Part shown: positions 16,959-31,755 of the stretch, in pieces
How positions within the stretch are numbered: position 1 is the stretch's first letter
Layout of the letters: each line of letters opens with the position of its first letter
Assembly (NCBI GenBank): GCA_951406725.2
Contig: OX597835.1
Coordinates: forward strand, 9,238,001 to 9,302,000
Direction of reading: 5' to 3'
DNA: 64,000 bases
Source: Octopus vulgaris
Taxonomy: Eukaryota
Program-made: the position numbers and the translations under genes
Notes under the pieces: generated by a model
Seen by the model: only the letters and a program-made list of their open reading frames with translations
What the model was told of the DNA's origin: nothing
Databases searched by the model: none

Positions 16959-17051
16959 ATATTCCAGCTGCGACAAAAATCAAATTTAGTTTTTCATCCT
17001 TTTAGTGTATTACAATGGAGTAATATACACACATGCAGGCACAGGTCCGTA

Positions 17052-17116
<65 letters not shown>

Positions 17117-19026
17117 ATATATATATATGTATGTGTGTATGGGTCAAACATACGGAAAAAATATACCCATATATATATATACGGATTTATATACAAAATA
17201 TACATACATATATGTATATGTGGTGAAATAAGATATGCATATAAATGCGCGTACACTCATAGCATTGTGTTGGCTTTGCTTTAATAAAATCCATGAAATA
17301 AGTTGCAAATGCGCATGCGCATTTTCCTGTACATGTATTTTCATCGCACACCGTGTCGTATTGCACTGCTAAAGAATCTGTATTACTGTCACGTCCATTT
17401 TATACCGTATGAAAATCTCAACTTTCTTTTTTTCTTTTTTTTTTTTGGAAAAATGCCCTTCTTCGATATTTTTTTATACACATTGCTTTTTTTTTACAAA
17501 TGTAATTCATATATTTTTATTTACAAAATGTCATTCTATAAATTATTCAGTTCAGAAAATGTAATATATTTGGAAATGATGTCATCCGTTAATCCATTAA
17601 TCCGTTGAAGTAATCAGCCTTGCCAATGCATTTTAATCATTTAATAATATATGCAAATGACAATATAAGTATATGTACATATAATGCAAACGTATGCATA
17701 TATATATATATATATATATACATATTTGCAAGATTTACATACAAGTATGTATATAAGTATACACACACATATTTATGTATATACATGCAAACACGTATAT
17801 ATATATATATAATTACATGTGTGTGCCTGTGTTTGAGTGAATGTGGTTATGTATGTCTAAGTCTATATATATATATATATATTCAATATCAGTAATAACG
17901 GTCGATCATTTTTGTAATAAATCATCCTAAAAGAAACCTTCAACAAAATAATTTGTCGATTCCGTTATATTAAAAGACAATTTTCATACTCTATCAACTG
18001 TTTCCATTGCCGTAGTTCTATATCATAAGGAATGTATTGCAGATTTAGCCTTAGCAGATTTTCTGAGAAATATGTAGCGTGTCCATCACGCAGAGGCATA
18101 TACGCTGATATATAGATATACATACATACACACGCACATACATGCGCACACACAAATACACACACTTACATGCATATGAGTTTTTGCATTCTCTCCCTGT
18201 GTTTTTTTTTCTCGTATTCTTTTCTGGTGAAGAGCGTAGGCTCGAAACGTAAAATAATTTTTCGTTTTCATTTCATTTTTTTAAGTCTAATTCTTACACC
18301 CTGTATGCCTAATGCCGAAGCATTAAATGACAGGCTCGTGCACAAACCGATGCTTGTTATCACTCAGTGATGGGACAATGAATACGTGTGTGTGGAACTG
18401 TGTGTTTATGTCTGTAAGCGACAGGAATTCACACTCTGCCTCCGTCTCCCTAATACCTTGACAAGCTATTACTGGGTTCCAGTTTATGGTAGAAGCACTT
18501 GCCTATAGATTTATATGCACGTACGTTTTGCATATGTATATATACACAGAGATACAAGTATATATCGCTAGAGGTAGATAGATAGATTGATAGATAGATT
18601 GATAGATAGATTGATAGATAGATTGATAGATAGAGAGAGAGAGAGAGACACATTTAATGACCGTAGCATATTTAATAAGTTGTGAATATTGAAAATTTAA
18701 AGGCGTTATTTGTGGAATAATTTTCTTTGTTGAACTCAATCAATAATATGAATTCATGCTTCCTTTCCTACAGGCCCAATCGATATGCAGCCACATCAAT
18801 AGTTCTTGCGACAACCGTATCCATTCTTTTATACACTCGACTGTATATAATTATATATCAAATCCTTATAAAATATATTTACTTTTTGGTAACTTTATGT
18901 AAAGAAGTATTATTCCTTCAATTTAATGAAAATGTCCTCTGGTAGCAATCTCTGCAAAAATACACAACCGAATACAAGCACATACGCGCCGGGCGCAAAC
19001 ATGTATGTATATATATTTGCACACAC

Positions 19027-19073
<47 letters not shown>

Positions 19074-19252
19074 GTTCATCAAGACATGCACTCTGTGCAC
19101 ATGTACATGTGTACATGTACATATACACATACTCATACACATGCATACATAATTATGGTGGTAAAAAACAGGAAATTTTCTAATTGGTAAACTATATATG
19201 TGTATGTGTGCATGTTTGTGGTAGTGTGTTATAAACACTGGTAGTAAGATTG

Positions 19253-19311
<59 letters not shown>

Positions 19312-20046
19312 TGTGGATGTGTGTATGTGTGTCTGTATGTAGATATATATATTGAGAGAGACAGATAGACAGACTAACCGACAGACAGAGAGATAGAGAA
19401 AGGAGAGAGAGAGAGGTAGAGAGGGAGTGAGAGAGATCGGGGGCAGACAAGCAGAAATAATGAAATGTGGGGAAACTGTTTCAGATAATAGTGAGGAACA
19501 GTGAGAGATGGGTTGGAATAAAATGGATATTTGAACTTTCTGGCGAAATGTTTATTATTCTGTGGACTGTGATCTGTTATCGGACTCAACAATTGAAATT
19601 AATGTTGTTCTCTGATTAATGAAGGTTATGAACATAAATATAATAAGCGAATCATTCAAAGCTGGATACGGTCTTATCTTGTATTTCACGTGTCCAAATA
19701 TGAAATGCATCGAATTGTATTCGTTTTCTGATCTTAGAATCAAGTTTGACATTATTGGTTCTGTCCAATAATGTAAATCCTCACAAAGAATTGGTTTCTT
19801 ATAATTCTAATATTTATTACTAAATGTTGGGATCGATATCCTAAAGGTGATTTATGGGGCCACATTTAGACATCATTATTTTGTTGATAATATTTTGGCT
19901 CGAACGGAGATATATGATGATGCCGACGACGACGACGACAACGACGACGATGACGACGACGACGATGATGATGATGATGATGTCATGATGATATTTTGTC
20001 ATTCTTATTAAGAAGACATCTAAATGAGATTATTGTTATAATTATC

Positions 20047-20379
<333 letters not shown>

Positions 20380-20380
20380 G

Positions 20381-20589
<209 letters not shown>

Positions 20590-20594
20590 CATCA

Positions 20595-20714
<120 letters not shown>

Positions 20715-20717
20715 ACC

Positions 20718-20762
<45 letters not shown>

Positions 20763-20975
20763 TTTATCATTATTACTCTGGACTCATATCAAGACTAAGG
20801 TATCTTACCTTGCACTTGCGAAGAGATTTCATTTGTAGAAATCGAAGTCTCGCGATATCTCTCTGCTATGATTGGAATACTATGCTCACAAAGGTTATAA
20901 CTATCCCCCAATCAATCGAACAATTTATATATATATATATATATATATATTGAATTTTCTGCTGCTTAAAATAAA

Positions 20976-21043
<68 letters not shown>

Positions 21044-21058
21044 TGGGGGTATAGTTTC

Positions 21059-21469
21059 AAATTAAGCAGAAAATTGAAAAATATTGATCATCAACGACTG
21101 GCTACCATCAATTATTACATTATAATAAAAACAAACTTATCCCATCTAACAGCCGTTTCTGCTCCCAATGTTCTACGGTATTGCCATTGAAAATTCTGAA
21201 AATAATATTCATCATATTTGTTAACACACCCGATCTGGAACATGTAGCTTCGTCAGAGTGAAGAAACATACATAGTGAAATTCCATGTTCCAGATCGGGT
21301 GTGTTACCAAATATGATGAATATTATTTTCAGAATTTTCAATAGCAATACCGTAGAACATCGGAAGCAGAAACAGCTGTTAGATGGGATAAGTCTGTTTT
21401 TATTATAAAGTAATAATTGATGTTAGCCAGTTGTAGTTGGTCAATATTTTGCAATTTTCTGCTAAATTT
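21059..21469. repeat. Long inverted repeat (~186 bp arms, 39 nt spacer) with hammerhead-like motif
   Basis: 21059-21244 is the reverse complement of 21284-21469 with scattered mismatches. The spacer carries TCGTCAG (CTGACGA on the minus strand). The arms carry GAAAC-AGCT-GTT (+, 21369-80) and GAAAC-GGCT-GTT (-, 21148-59). Confidence 0.9.
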
Positions 21470-21749
21470 AAATTTGATCCTTGATATACTCATGATTATC
21501 TTCGTTATTGCCTGCAACCTATGAGCATAATATACTTGCATATGTATGTCCAGGGTTAACATATGTAATTATACCGATAGTTAAACGGATATTTTTATTC
21601 ATTGACAGTTATTCCAACATGTGACTCTACTAACAATGAAATATTGAATACAAGGGAAGTGTATATTTATTCAGATACTTGTTTTTTGTGATTTACCTTG
21701 CATTTACTTCGAATTGTTTTGGCGTTAGGGCCTCATCCACGATCGTTTA

Positions 21750-21786
<37 letters not shown>

Positions 21787-21940
21787 AAATAATTTTTTAT
21801 TTTTAACTTTTATATTTTTAAATTACTTTTATGTATTGGCTTATGTTTTTCAATGTTTGATTTGCCTAATAGTGGTTTTATCTCTAATTTAATATAATAT
21901 ATATAACTAACTAACTATATATAATATATATATATAATAT

Positions 21941-22001
<61 letters not shown>

Positions 22002-22151
22002 TACATATTAAGGTGGCAATCATGCACTATCGTTAGTTCGTCGGACAAAATGTTTAGACAACTTTTGTCGTTGACGTTGCTGAATTTTTCCGAAACTGTA
22101 AAATCCATCTGTGTGTATATATATAGTTAATTAAAAAAACATTCTTTAGCT

Positions 22152-22444
22152 TGTTTACATTATTTACATTCGACGGATATTTGTCCTCATCTTCTTTGTG
22201 GGTTTCTTGTTAACACAACGTTGCGGCTGATACACCCTTCAGCCTTCTTCAGGTGTCTTGGTGAAATTTCGAACCTGGCTTCTCATTCCTGAGGCATTTT
22301 TCGATGTTATTATTATTATTATGATTATTACTATTGTTGTTGTTGTTATTGTACAGGTCACTGCTTGGTATAAAATTCGGAATCTTGGGGTTAGTAGATA
22401 CTAATCCCAATATTCCGAGTTCGAAAACAAGCAGTGACCTGAAC

Positions 22445-22499
<55 letters not shown>

Positions 22500-22644
22500 G
22501 CGAAAAATACCTTAGGAATGAGAAGCCCTGTTCGAAATTTCACCAAGACACCTGAAGAAGGCTGAAGGGTGTATCAACCGTAACGTTGTGTTAACAACAA
22601 AGAAGATGAGGACAAATGTCCGTCGAATATAAATAATGTAAATA
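22152..22644. repeat. ~490 bp near-perfect palindrome with a degenerate hammerhead core in each arm
   Basis: The centre is ttagta-ga-tactaa (22391-22404). The arms mirror each other, including (TTA)/(TAA) tracts, and the mirror-image ORFs 22249-22446(-) and 22334-22555(+) confirm the symmetry. Confidence 0.93.
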
Positions 22645-22873
22645 GTGTACATAATTCCTCATCTCTTAAATATAGAACGGAGAAAAAAGACAAAAATACA
22701 AATGTGAGGACGTAGTAAATGGCAAGTGTTATTCAGATGCTCAGAGAAGGAAAGAAAGAGTGTTTGATGTACGTTTCGAGCATAGCTCTTCTTCGGAAAG
22801 AGGAGACATAAGAGGTTCAAGAAGAAAAGGAAGAAGAAGGGAAAAAAATCACCAACAGTCCACGTTTAGTTAC

Positions 22874-22916
<43 letters not shown>

Positions 22917-22919
<3 letters not shown>

Positions 22920-23145
22920 GTTTGTCCAAACGTCACCCGACAATAACTCAAAATTCTTTAAATAACATCTGTAATTTTGTATTGACTCGAAGGGGGAAAA
23001 TGTGTCACTCAAGAAGGACTTCAGATTTCATGATGTTTTATATTTAGATGCTTTCATTAAATTTATTCAGTTGTTAAACAAAAATAAATCTTTGAACTAA
23101 ACGATTGATTTTGAATTACTCTCAGGTGACTTTGGACCAAATCTG
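22917..23145. mobile_element. Tc1/mariner-type MITE (~230 bp)
   Basis: Imperfect TIRs caggtttgtccaaacgtcacccga versus reverse complement cagatttggtccaaagtcacctga. TA on both sides, inserted in a (TA)n tract, no coding capacity. Confidence 0.75.
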
Positions 23146-23163
23146 TATAGATATAAACATACA

Positions 23164-23229
<66 letters not shown>

Positions 23230-23499
23230 GAAAGAGTGAGAGAACGCGCGCGGGGGAAGATATACAAATACACATACACATATTTGCAAAGCATTATACC
23301 CTTATATCTCTTTCTGTTCTAATATTTTCCTATGTTTCTGACTCCTGTATCCTATATGCCTCCACCATTCCTCGCTACCATTCTCTATTCCTCCCATTTT
23401 CTACTCTCAAATATTCTCATATATTCAATATCCTCTGTTGATTCTTAACTCGAATATTTTACACAAGGAACGTTGGTGCCTTGTGCTCTTTCTATTTTT

Positions 23500-23798
23500 T
23501 CACTTGTAATTTTTTAGTTGAACAAATCGACCCTAGGATATATGTTTTACAGACTACTACTTATTCCATCGGTGGTGGGCGATAAACAGACACATACACA
23601 CACAAATACACATACACTGGTATGTTTATGTATATATATATATACGTCGAGCTTCTTTTAAATCCTGTCTACAAATTCCACCCACAAGGCTTTGGTCGTC
23701 GCGACGCTATATTAGAAGACACTTCTCCAAGGTGTCACACTGTTGGATTGAACCCAGAGACATGTGGCTAAGAAATAAGTTTCTTAACACACAGTCAC
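23500..23798 (-). mobile_element. Degenerate SINE (family C)
   Basis: Similar to the reverse complement of 42336-42735 (gtctacaaattccacccacaaggctttggtcg...agaagacacttctccaaggtgtcacac). Confidence 0.7.
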
Positions 23799-23810
23799 TG
23801 TATATATCTA

Positions 23811-23882
<72 letters not shown>

Positions 23883-23920
23883 GACAGAGAGAGACAGAGA
23901 TATTACCGCGTGCCAATTTG

Positions 23921-24672
23921 TTGCAAGCTCTTGTGAATGAGTTAAGGCTTGTTCAAGAGATTTTACAATCTCTTGAACAAGCCTCAAATTGTGTAGGTCT
24001 TTACCTCAATGAGGCCAAGACTGAATACATAAACAAGTGCATGTCCAACAGTGATTGCATCATCTATACTCTCAACAATGCGCCCTTAAATATGGTTTCT
24101 GATTACAAATATCTTGGGTCATACATATCGTCATCTGGAAAAGACTTTCTAACTAGAAAGGGTATGGCCTGGTTAGCCTGTAATGACATGCATAAGATCT
24201 GGTCATCAAATCTAACTAGAGACTTCAAACTTGAAATCTTCAAAGCCACAGTCGAACCAATTTTACTATATGTCTCAGGAACCTGGACATTATCAAAGAA
24301 GTTTGAGAGGCGGTTGGATGGAACCTACACTCGCCTCCTTATGAGAGCTCAAAATCTCTCGTGGAAGCGCCATTCCAACCAAAATGCAAATATATGGGAA
24401 ACTACCACCTGTGTCATCTCTTGTGAAAGGTAAGAGAGTCCAGTTTTCTGGACATTGTTGTAGAGCTGAAAAAGAGGTAATTTCTACTCTTCTCCTCTGG
24501 AAGCCATCTACTCGCAATACCAGAGGGCGCACACTCTCCTACCCTGATATAATCTCCAGGGATGAAGGTATCCAGCAACAGGACCTCCGTAATGCCATGA
24601 TGGACCGTGAAGTCTGGCGTAGCATGGTAAATTCCATTGTCTCGACCACGGTCGAACAATGATGATGATGAT
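23921..24672 (+). mobile_element. 5'-truncated RTE-clade LINE: RT C-terminal half plus 3' end, one frameshift
   Basis: ORFs read VGLYLNEAKTEY, YKYLGSYIS, KLEIFKATVEPILLY..GTWTL and RLDGTYTRLL, continuing in another frame to MMDREVWRSMV. Ends in a (TGA)n tail, as is typical of RTE elements. Confidence 0.88.
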
Positions 24673-27600
24673 ATGAATGATTATTAAAAATATTTATTTC
24701 TAATAGTTTCATTTATTATGAATAACTATAAAAAAGTGAATCTAGTTTCTTTCCTTTATATCACCAACTGCCAATATACTTGTGCGTGTGGGTGGCTTTA
24801 TATGTAATTAGATTTGTGCTTATATGAAAAAGGAACAATATTATGTTACATTTATCAATTTAAAGAGACCATGATGCTCTCCTGACATCACACGAAATGC
24901 CTAAAGAAATACAGAGCGTACACCAATGGTATTAACATGTGTAATTTATGTACAGCTGAAAAGACATTCGTTTAGGAAAACATCACCAATTCTTTCAATT
25001 AACTATTTACAAATCTCTAAAATTTCTTTCAAAAATTCTTTGAAAACCCCTGCTGAAAGCTGGGAAATGCTGCACTGAATGGTTTAAAGAATTGTTTGAT
25101 TTATTTCTAAATAACAATATGATGCTTCCTGAGATCTTTCTACTTCACTTTTCACTTTTTTACATTTTCTGCCAGAATACAAAGCACACCCGTTTAATTA
25201 GGTCCAGCAAATATTATTTATCCGTATATCTTCAGTATTCTGGAAGCGAGAAAATTCTCACAAAGCTCTTCAGAACATTTTTATATATTTATTGTTTTTT
25301 TGTGCAACAAGCTTATTTCTTATTGATAGATGGTCGATTCAAAGGAAACAAATTTGTTGAAATAGTAATTTTTGAAAAGATTCAGATTAATTTTCATAAT
25401 TCATCGCCTCGGCAATACTTATAAACGAAGGTAGGCATATATCTACAAGTTTAATGTATGTACAGATGTACGTAACGTTCTTGGAAGAATATTCATTTAT
25501 GCATATATATACCCATAAAATCAGGAGTAATAAAAGCCGAATATATATTTAGTCACGTAAGCTCATTAGGACTACGGCAGCTTCGCAACTTTGTTTATAT
25601 TGTATTAATTTCAGAATGAAAGAAGTTGTGCGCACATATTTGTATTAACATGTATGCCCAACATTATACAATGCAAATGTATATTCACGAATTAATGCAA
25701 ATAAAGCATGTTAGCTTATCAGATCACCTGTAACGTGCTACTATGTGGTGCCTTTTCTGACTTTGTGTACTGACTTCAAATATCAATAGATTCAACTGTG
25801 GTACTCATCATTTAGCGGCAATATAAATTGTCATTGATTTCAAGAGACGATTGTTGTTATCTATTAAATCATGGGTTCAAATAATTGCATTGTTGTATCT
25901 GTTTCATTACTGTTAAGCGATAAGGACCTTCGAATGCCTGGGCGTCAGTTTTGCCTTGAAAAAATACCGCTGCTTGGGTAGCTTTCATACACTTGCACCT
26001 GCTCACACACACTTATACCCTCATAGGTTAGATAAATGATACTTAAGTAAGTATGTATTTACACACATTCTATATATGTATCGAATCATTGATTCTTGTT
26101 GGCAATATTATTCTTGTCTATTTTGTTTACTGTGGCGCTCTATTTTTACGTGTAGATTGATAAGATCGTGCAGGGAATATATGGCCTGTAGTAAGACTAC
26201 TAGCTGTTATGTATTGAATAAATTAACATAAATTTGTTTGATGCAGTATTTCGAAATGATCTGTTATTTTCTTTTGCCGACGATTATTAGGAATGGATAA
26301 AATTAATTAATGCAGTAATTAGTACAATCGACAGTCCAGAATTTTCAAATTAATTACGGGCTGTTTTGTGTTAATTTGGCTAGAATAGTCATATAATCAC
26401 TAGGATTAAACTAGTTCATTTATGCCATATGTGCCGCCAGTGATTAGCTACTCAGTTAATGAGCCAACTCAGTTAATGAACCACTAGATTCCTGAAACTC
26501 AAAGAAGTTAATTAGCGGTGTTCAGTAGGTCCTGTTTCATAAATTCTTGGACTTTCGACGGCAACAATCATAAAGTAAGGATGTAATATAAACTAATACA
26601 GTTGAAGGAGCATATATAAATATATATGTGTTGTGTGTATATATGTGTGTGTGTACCTGAGTATGTAAGTACGTAATTATATATGTATCAAGAGTGAAAT
26701 GGGGAGGAAGAGACAGAGAGAGTTACATGTAGATAGACAGAACGAGCTGGAAAGAAGAGTCTATCTGTATATGTATATATATATATATACTAATGCATTA
26801 GGTATTTTAACGGAAACAGTTTTAGGTAATTCATTAATCATAGTGGTAGGAAAAGAAAAAGTGTTTTGGAAGGCAGTTTTGACGTAATTTATAGTAACTA
26901 TAAGAGAAATATTATCTTGCAATAGGCTTTGTGCAACACTATGAGGACTTCCCTCAGAACTTTATTATGATGAAGACCAAAATAGTGGATTTTAATCACG
27001 TTGTTGACGAAACACATCCACACACACAGATACACATACGTACACGCACATACACACACACACAAACTGTAATCCACAAGAGTGACTCGACTGCTAGCAG
27101 TTTTGTGCTTTAAACGTGCAACGGAAGAAACCCCCAGGACATGACACACATGCGTAGCATTACAGTTACAATAATGGGAATAATGTGAATAAGTATTTTG
27201 ATGCAGTCTGGAAAAGAGATCATTGAACATATTGTTCAAATGTAGAATGCATTAGATATTTTCTCGTTAACGCATCGAGGCTCATATTTATATTGAGCCC
27301 ATGAAAGATGTAGTAGGCGTATAAAAGCCGTTGCTGATATTCAATGTGAAATAGCATGAAATATAGCGAAAATCCTTAACAATCTTTGGACTTCTGAGAG
27401 ATGTTTCGAACAAGCAGGCAGATACAGATCGATATCGTTTAAATTTTATATACACATCCATTACATGTTTCATTTTCACTGCCATGAAAACGTAAGGGAT
27501 GTTTTTTTTTAATACTTGATTAGGAAATCTAGTGAGGTCTGATGGTTCAGGATGAAATCTATACTTTGCGCAGATTAATTATAAAGAGAGATGATTGTAG

Positions 27601-27863
27601 GATGTAACGACGGTATAAACAAATACCCAGAGTAGGCGATCGGTGATATGTTGACGGAGGAGATATGACAGGCATGGAACATACAGACGAACGAGTGGAC
27701 TGCGGCATTTCATCCCAAATAAAACTTTAGAGCAAGGAAATATATTTCACACAGTTTCTATCAGATATGCATATGCATGGATTTACACTTTAATATATAT
27801 GTGTGTGTGTGTTTGTGTGCGTGTGTGTCTGCGTGCGTGTATGTATATAAATATATATATATG

Positions 27864-27922
<59 letters not shown>

Positions 27923-28019
27923 GCATATGCACATATATATGTATTTATGTATATGCATATATGTACGCATATATGTGTGTAGAACAGTGAGAATTAGATA
28001 GATAGATAGATAGATAGAC

Positions 28020-28055
<36 letters not shown>

Positions 28056-28496
28056 TGACTGATTGATTGATAGATAAACTGTATATTATTTTATGGAGAG
28101 GAAAATAGACACAAATATATGTAATGAAAGAAGAGATACCCAAGGTATGTCGCATCACATGAGTGTTACTATTGCTGACGCTCATGGTACAAATACAACC
28201 GTTTGTGCAACTAGAACAACCAACACTAATAATACTGTTAGTATATCTGTCTAGTACTAGTATCATTACTATTAGTATGAAAGGTACATTGTTGTGCACT
28301 GTGAAAAAACCGCTAGAAATTCGCTCCTGGATATGCTGCTCGAATACGAAGATATAAACAAACACACCCACCCACACACACAGAGAAACTAATACACATC
28401 CACACCCACCCACACACACAGAGAAACTAATACACACATACATACACACACACATATATATATATACATATTTATAAATACATACACAAAAACACG

Positions 28497-28572
<76 letters not shown>

Positions 28573-29726
28573 ATGTTGATTGTTTGTAAATCACTCCATG
28601 GTCTAGCTTAAAGCTTGCAGGTATGCAAACACGTTCTTATTTATCTACGTTGCCAATAGTAAAATATAGAGTTTGTTTTCTATGCTAGCTTTTTTTTTAT
28701 GAAGATTTCCCTTGGTTATAAAATTTTCTGATGTTACAAATATATGAATATTTGAAAATATTTGTTCCACGTAAATATTGGTACATTAAAGTGTCTAACT
28801 AGTAGAATTCATTTGATGGCTTCGATTACCAGATATCGATAAAAGCATCATAACTGTCTGAGAGACTTCTCTCCATTCTGAGGATTATAGTAATTGTTAT
28901 TCTTCAGTGATCCGAATATATCTGGGATAACACACAAATGATTTGGATATGTCTGGATTCTGAAAAAGCAATTGTGCGCATACAAAGCAAAAAGACATCT
29001 GCAATTTTCATGGATGTAAAAACTTGTTAAAAATCAGCATCATAAAATTTGAGATGTTTGAGAATTTGAAAGGGTCGGAAATCTGGAAGGTTAACTTCAC
29101 ATAATAATTCCATGATTCCTTCAATCTGAATAATTCACTCAAGCGCTAGTGTCCTTAATTTAGTCATTCAGTTCTTTCAAATTCTCTTAGAAAATATTTT
29201 CTTCATTCTATTCACATTTTCTTGACGATTGCACAAGCCTAAACTTATCGCTTTCCTCTACAATTTTCAGTTTATAAAAGATATCGATAAAAAATTGGTA
29301 TTAAAGTTGAATTAAGTTATGCTAACCAGAAGAAATTCACACATAACAATCTTCAACTTACTGTGCCGACCACTATTATCTTAAACGGTGTAAGATGAAA
29401 CGGGGAACCAACAAAACACTATTGCCGGGATTAGTTCAAATATTGACAAATGCATGGCTAAAGGCCTTGTACCTTGCAACAGAATAAAAAAAAATGATCG
29501 TTAATCTGCCTGGAATACATCTCAAGAACGTCACATCATAGGCTGACATATGGATATGGAAACGGCTGACTTAGAACTTTGCAAAAAACAATGTCGTAGA
29601 TAGAGATGTTATATACCGGTGTGAATTAAATAAACACACACGTGAATATATGCATACATACACGTTATGTATGTATATAAATTGCACGTAACTTATACAC
29701 TCATTTGTTATTATATAAATATTTTC

Positions 29727-29785
<59 letters not shown>

Positions 29786-29998
29786 TTATATATATACATA
29801 TATTATATATATATATATACATTATATATATATATATGTGTACATTTATATATATATATATATGTATATATATACATGTATACATATATGTATATATACA
29901 TATATACAAGTATGTATGTATATTCTTTTTTTATGTATATACATATATGCTCTATGTCTAATATATATATTTTCTGTCGTCGGTCATTTCATGTAAGC

Positions 29999-30097
<99 letters not shown>

Positions 30098-30332
30098 GAT
30101 GTATATGCATGTATTCAGTTTTTTCTGTACGTATGTTATCCCAATCCAAGCAATTTTTTTAGAACTTTGCCTTCGAAAAACACCATTGGCTTGGGGTCGG
30201 TTTAACAAGAATATTTCAAGAGTCGATGCCAAACATGCCATTTCTTAACTTACTCTAGTATATCATCATTATAATCGTTAAGCAGACTTTGAAGCCCTCT
30301 CACTTGAAAATCGGAAACACAGAACTTCCTCT

Positions 30333-31544
30333 TTAGGCTACTTCTTCATCTTCTTCAATGTTTAGATGAACTTTCTCTGTATTGGAATCAAAATATGCAT
30401 TTGCTGGACCTTCGTTTTCGTTTTCGTTTTCGTTTTTCCGATTTGATTGAGGGTTATAGTGGCTTGGTGGATGCGATTCAACAATGCTGGTATATTGAGT
30501 GAAATTACCATTTGAGGTTGGCTCGGGGGACGAGGGAAATAGGCATGGGGCAACCGTTTTAAACTCTTTACGGAAATTATCGTTCATCCAAGCATATAAG
30601 AACGGATTATACATTGTGGAACTCATGGCAATAATGTGAGCAATAAAGAATATTAATATATAATACTCCCACTTTTCAAGAAATTCTTGGTACTCTGTAG
30701 CCAAATGCCAAATATTTAAAGGTAGCCAACAGCAGACAAATATCGAGACCATCGCAATTAGCATGTTATTGGTCCGTCTCTTTCTTCTAATTTCAAGTTC
30801 ATCTTTTTCTCGGGATTTTGAACCCATTGAAATTTTCATTTTGGTTCTCATTTTAAGGACATTTGAGACTTTGGTGTAACAGTAAGCAATAATACAGCAA
30901 GGCACGATGTATTGAAGTACCAAACTTGTCAAAGTGAAAAACTGTCGTGACTGCTTACGGGGCCAGTTCTCTTCACATGTGTATATTGTACCGTTTTCCT
31001 TTGTATCAACTTGCTGATAGATGCCTAACGGCAAAGATATGGAGATGGATATGATCCAAATAGCTATAAGCAGAAGTAAACAAGTGACCTTTTTCATCCT
31101 GGGTCGAAATGGGTAGACGATAACGAAATAACGATCGATTGCAATGGCGGTCGAGGTTAAAGTCGAAACATAAACGCTCAGTCCTAATGTCATAGGGACC
31201 AAGTGACACATTGTCTCTCCGAAAACCCACGACGTCATGTAATATCCTATAGGCGTGAAGGGCACAGCTAGTAAGCACATGAGGATGTCGGATATAGCAA
31301 GGTTCGTTATGAAAATATTTGTAATCGTTTGCATTGCTCGGTTTCTCAAAACCACGTAGACAACGAGAGAATTTCCGGATAATCCAAGCAAAAATATTAA
31401 GCTATACAGCAGAATACATAAGGACTGAACCCAGGGCTGCCACATAATCAGGTTAGGTCTCCCCATATGACTTTCGGTTTCATTAAACGAGTCATTGGGG
31501 AAATATGCATCCGGATAAGCGGTGTTACTGTTGCTGCTATTCAT
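30333..31544 (-). CDS. sNPFR: Class A (rhodopsin-like) neuropeptide GPCR, short neuropeptide F / prolactin-releasing peptide receptor-like, 403 aa, intronless CDS
   Basis: Seven hydrophobic segments with GN (TM1), NLAISD (TM2), IDRY (TM3), CWLP (TM6) and NPFLY (TM7). N-terminal N-glycosylation sequons NSS, NDS and NET; ECL cysteines present. The stretch AMQTITNIFITNLAISDILMCLLAVPFTP...DRYFVIVYPFRPRMK closely resembles insect sNPF receptors (from recall). CAAAATG start context with an in-frame upstream TAA at 31581-83. GPCR identity is secure; orthology needs a phylogeny. Confidence 0.93.
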   Translation of the reverse strand: MNSSNSNTAYPDAYFPNDSFNETESHMGRPNLIMWQPWVQSLCILLYSLIFLLGLSGNSLVVYVVLRNRAMQTITNIFITNLAISDILMCLLAVPFTPIGYYMTSWVFGETMCHLVPMTLGLSVYVSTLTSTAIAIDRYFVIVYPFRPRMKKVTCLLLLIAIWIISISISLPLGIYQQVDTKENGTIYTCEENWPRKQSRQFFTLTSLVLQYIVPCCIIAYCYTKVSNVLKMRTKMKISMGSKSREKDELEIRRKRRTNNMLIAMVSIFVCCWLPLNIWHLATEYQEFLEKWEYYILIFFIAHIIAMSSTMYNPFLYAWMNDNFRKEFKTVAPCLFPSSPEPTSNGNFTQYTSIVESHPPSHYNPQSNRKNENENENEGPANAYFDSNTEKVHLNIEEDEEVA

Positions 31545-31755
31545 TTTGATTGTTGTAAGCAGTCCGATAAGTAGACAGATTTATTCTTAATCACAATGCC
31601 CTTTCTGATTTTTTTAATTTTCCGCTCCTTTATTCTGACAACGTTCCTTTCCTTCGACCTTTTTTGTGTTTTTTTCTTTCTTTTTTTTTTTGTCAGTAGT
31701 TTTCTTTTCTCTTTTCTTCTTTCTTCTTTTTCTTTGATTTTCACTCTGTAAATAT

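Noticed and set aside
30362-31278. Alternative-frame ORFs within the GPCR
   Set aside because: They are short shadow frames with no recognisable features.
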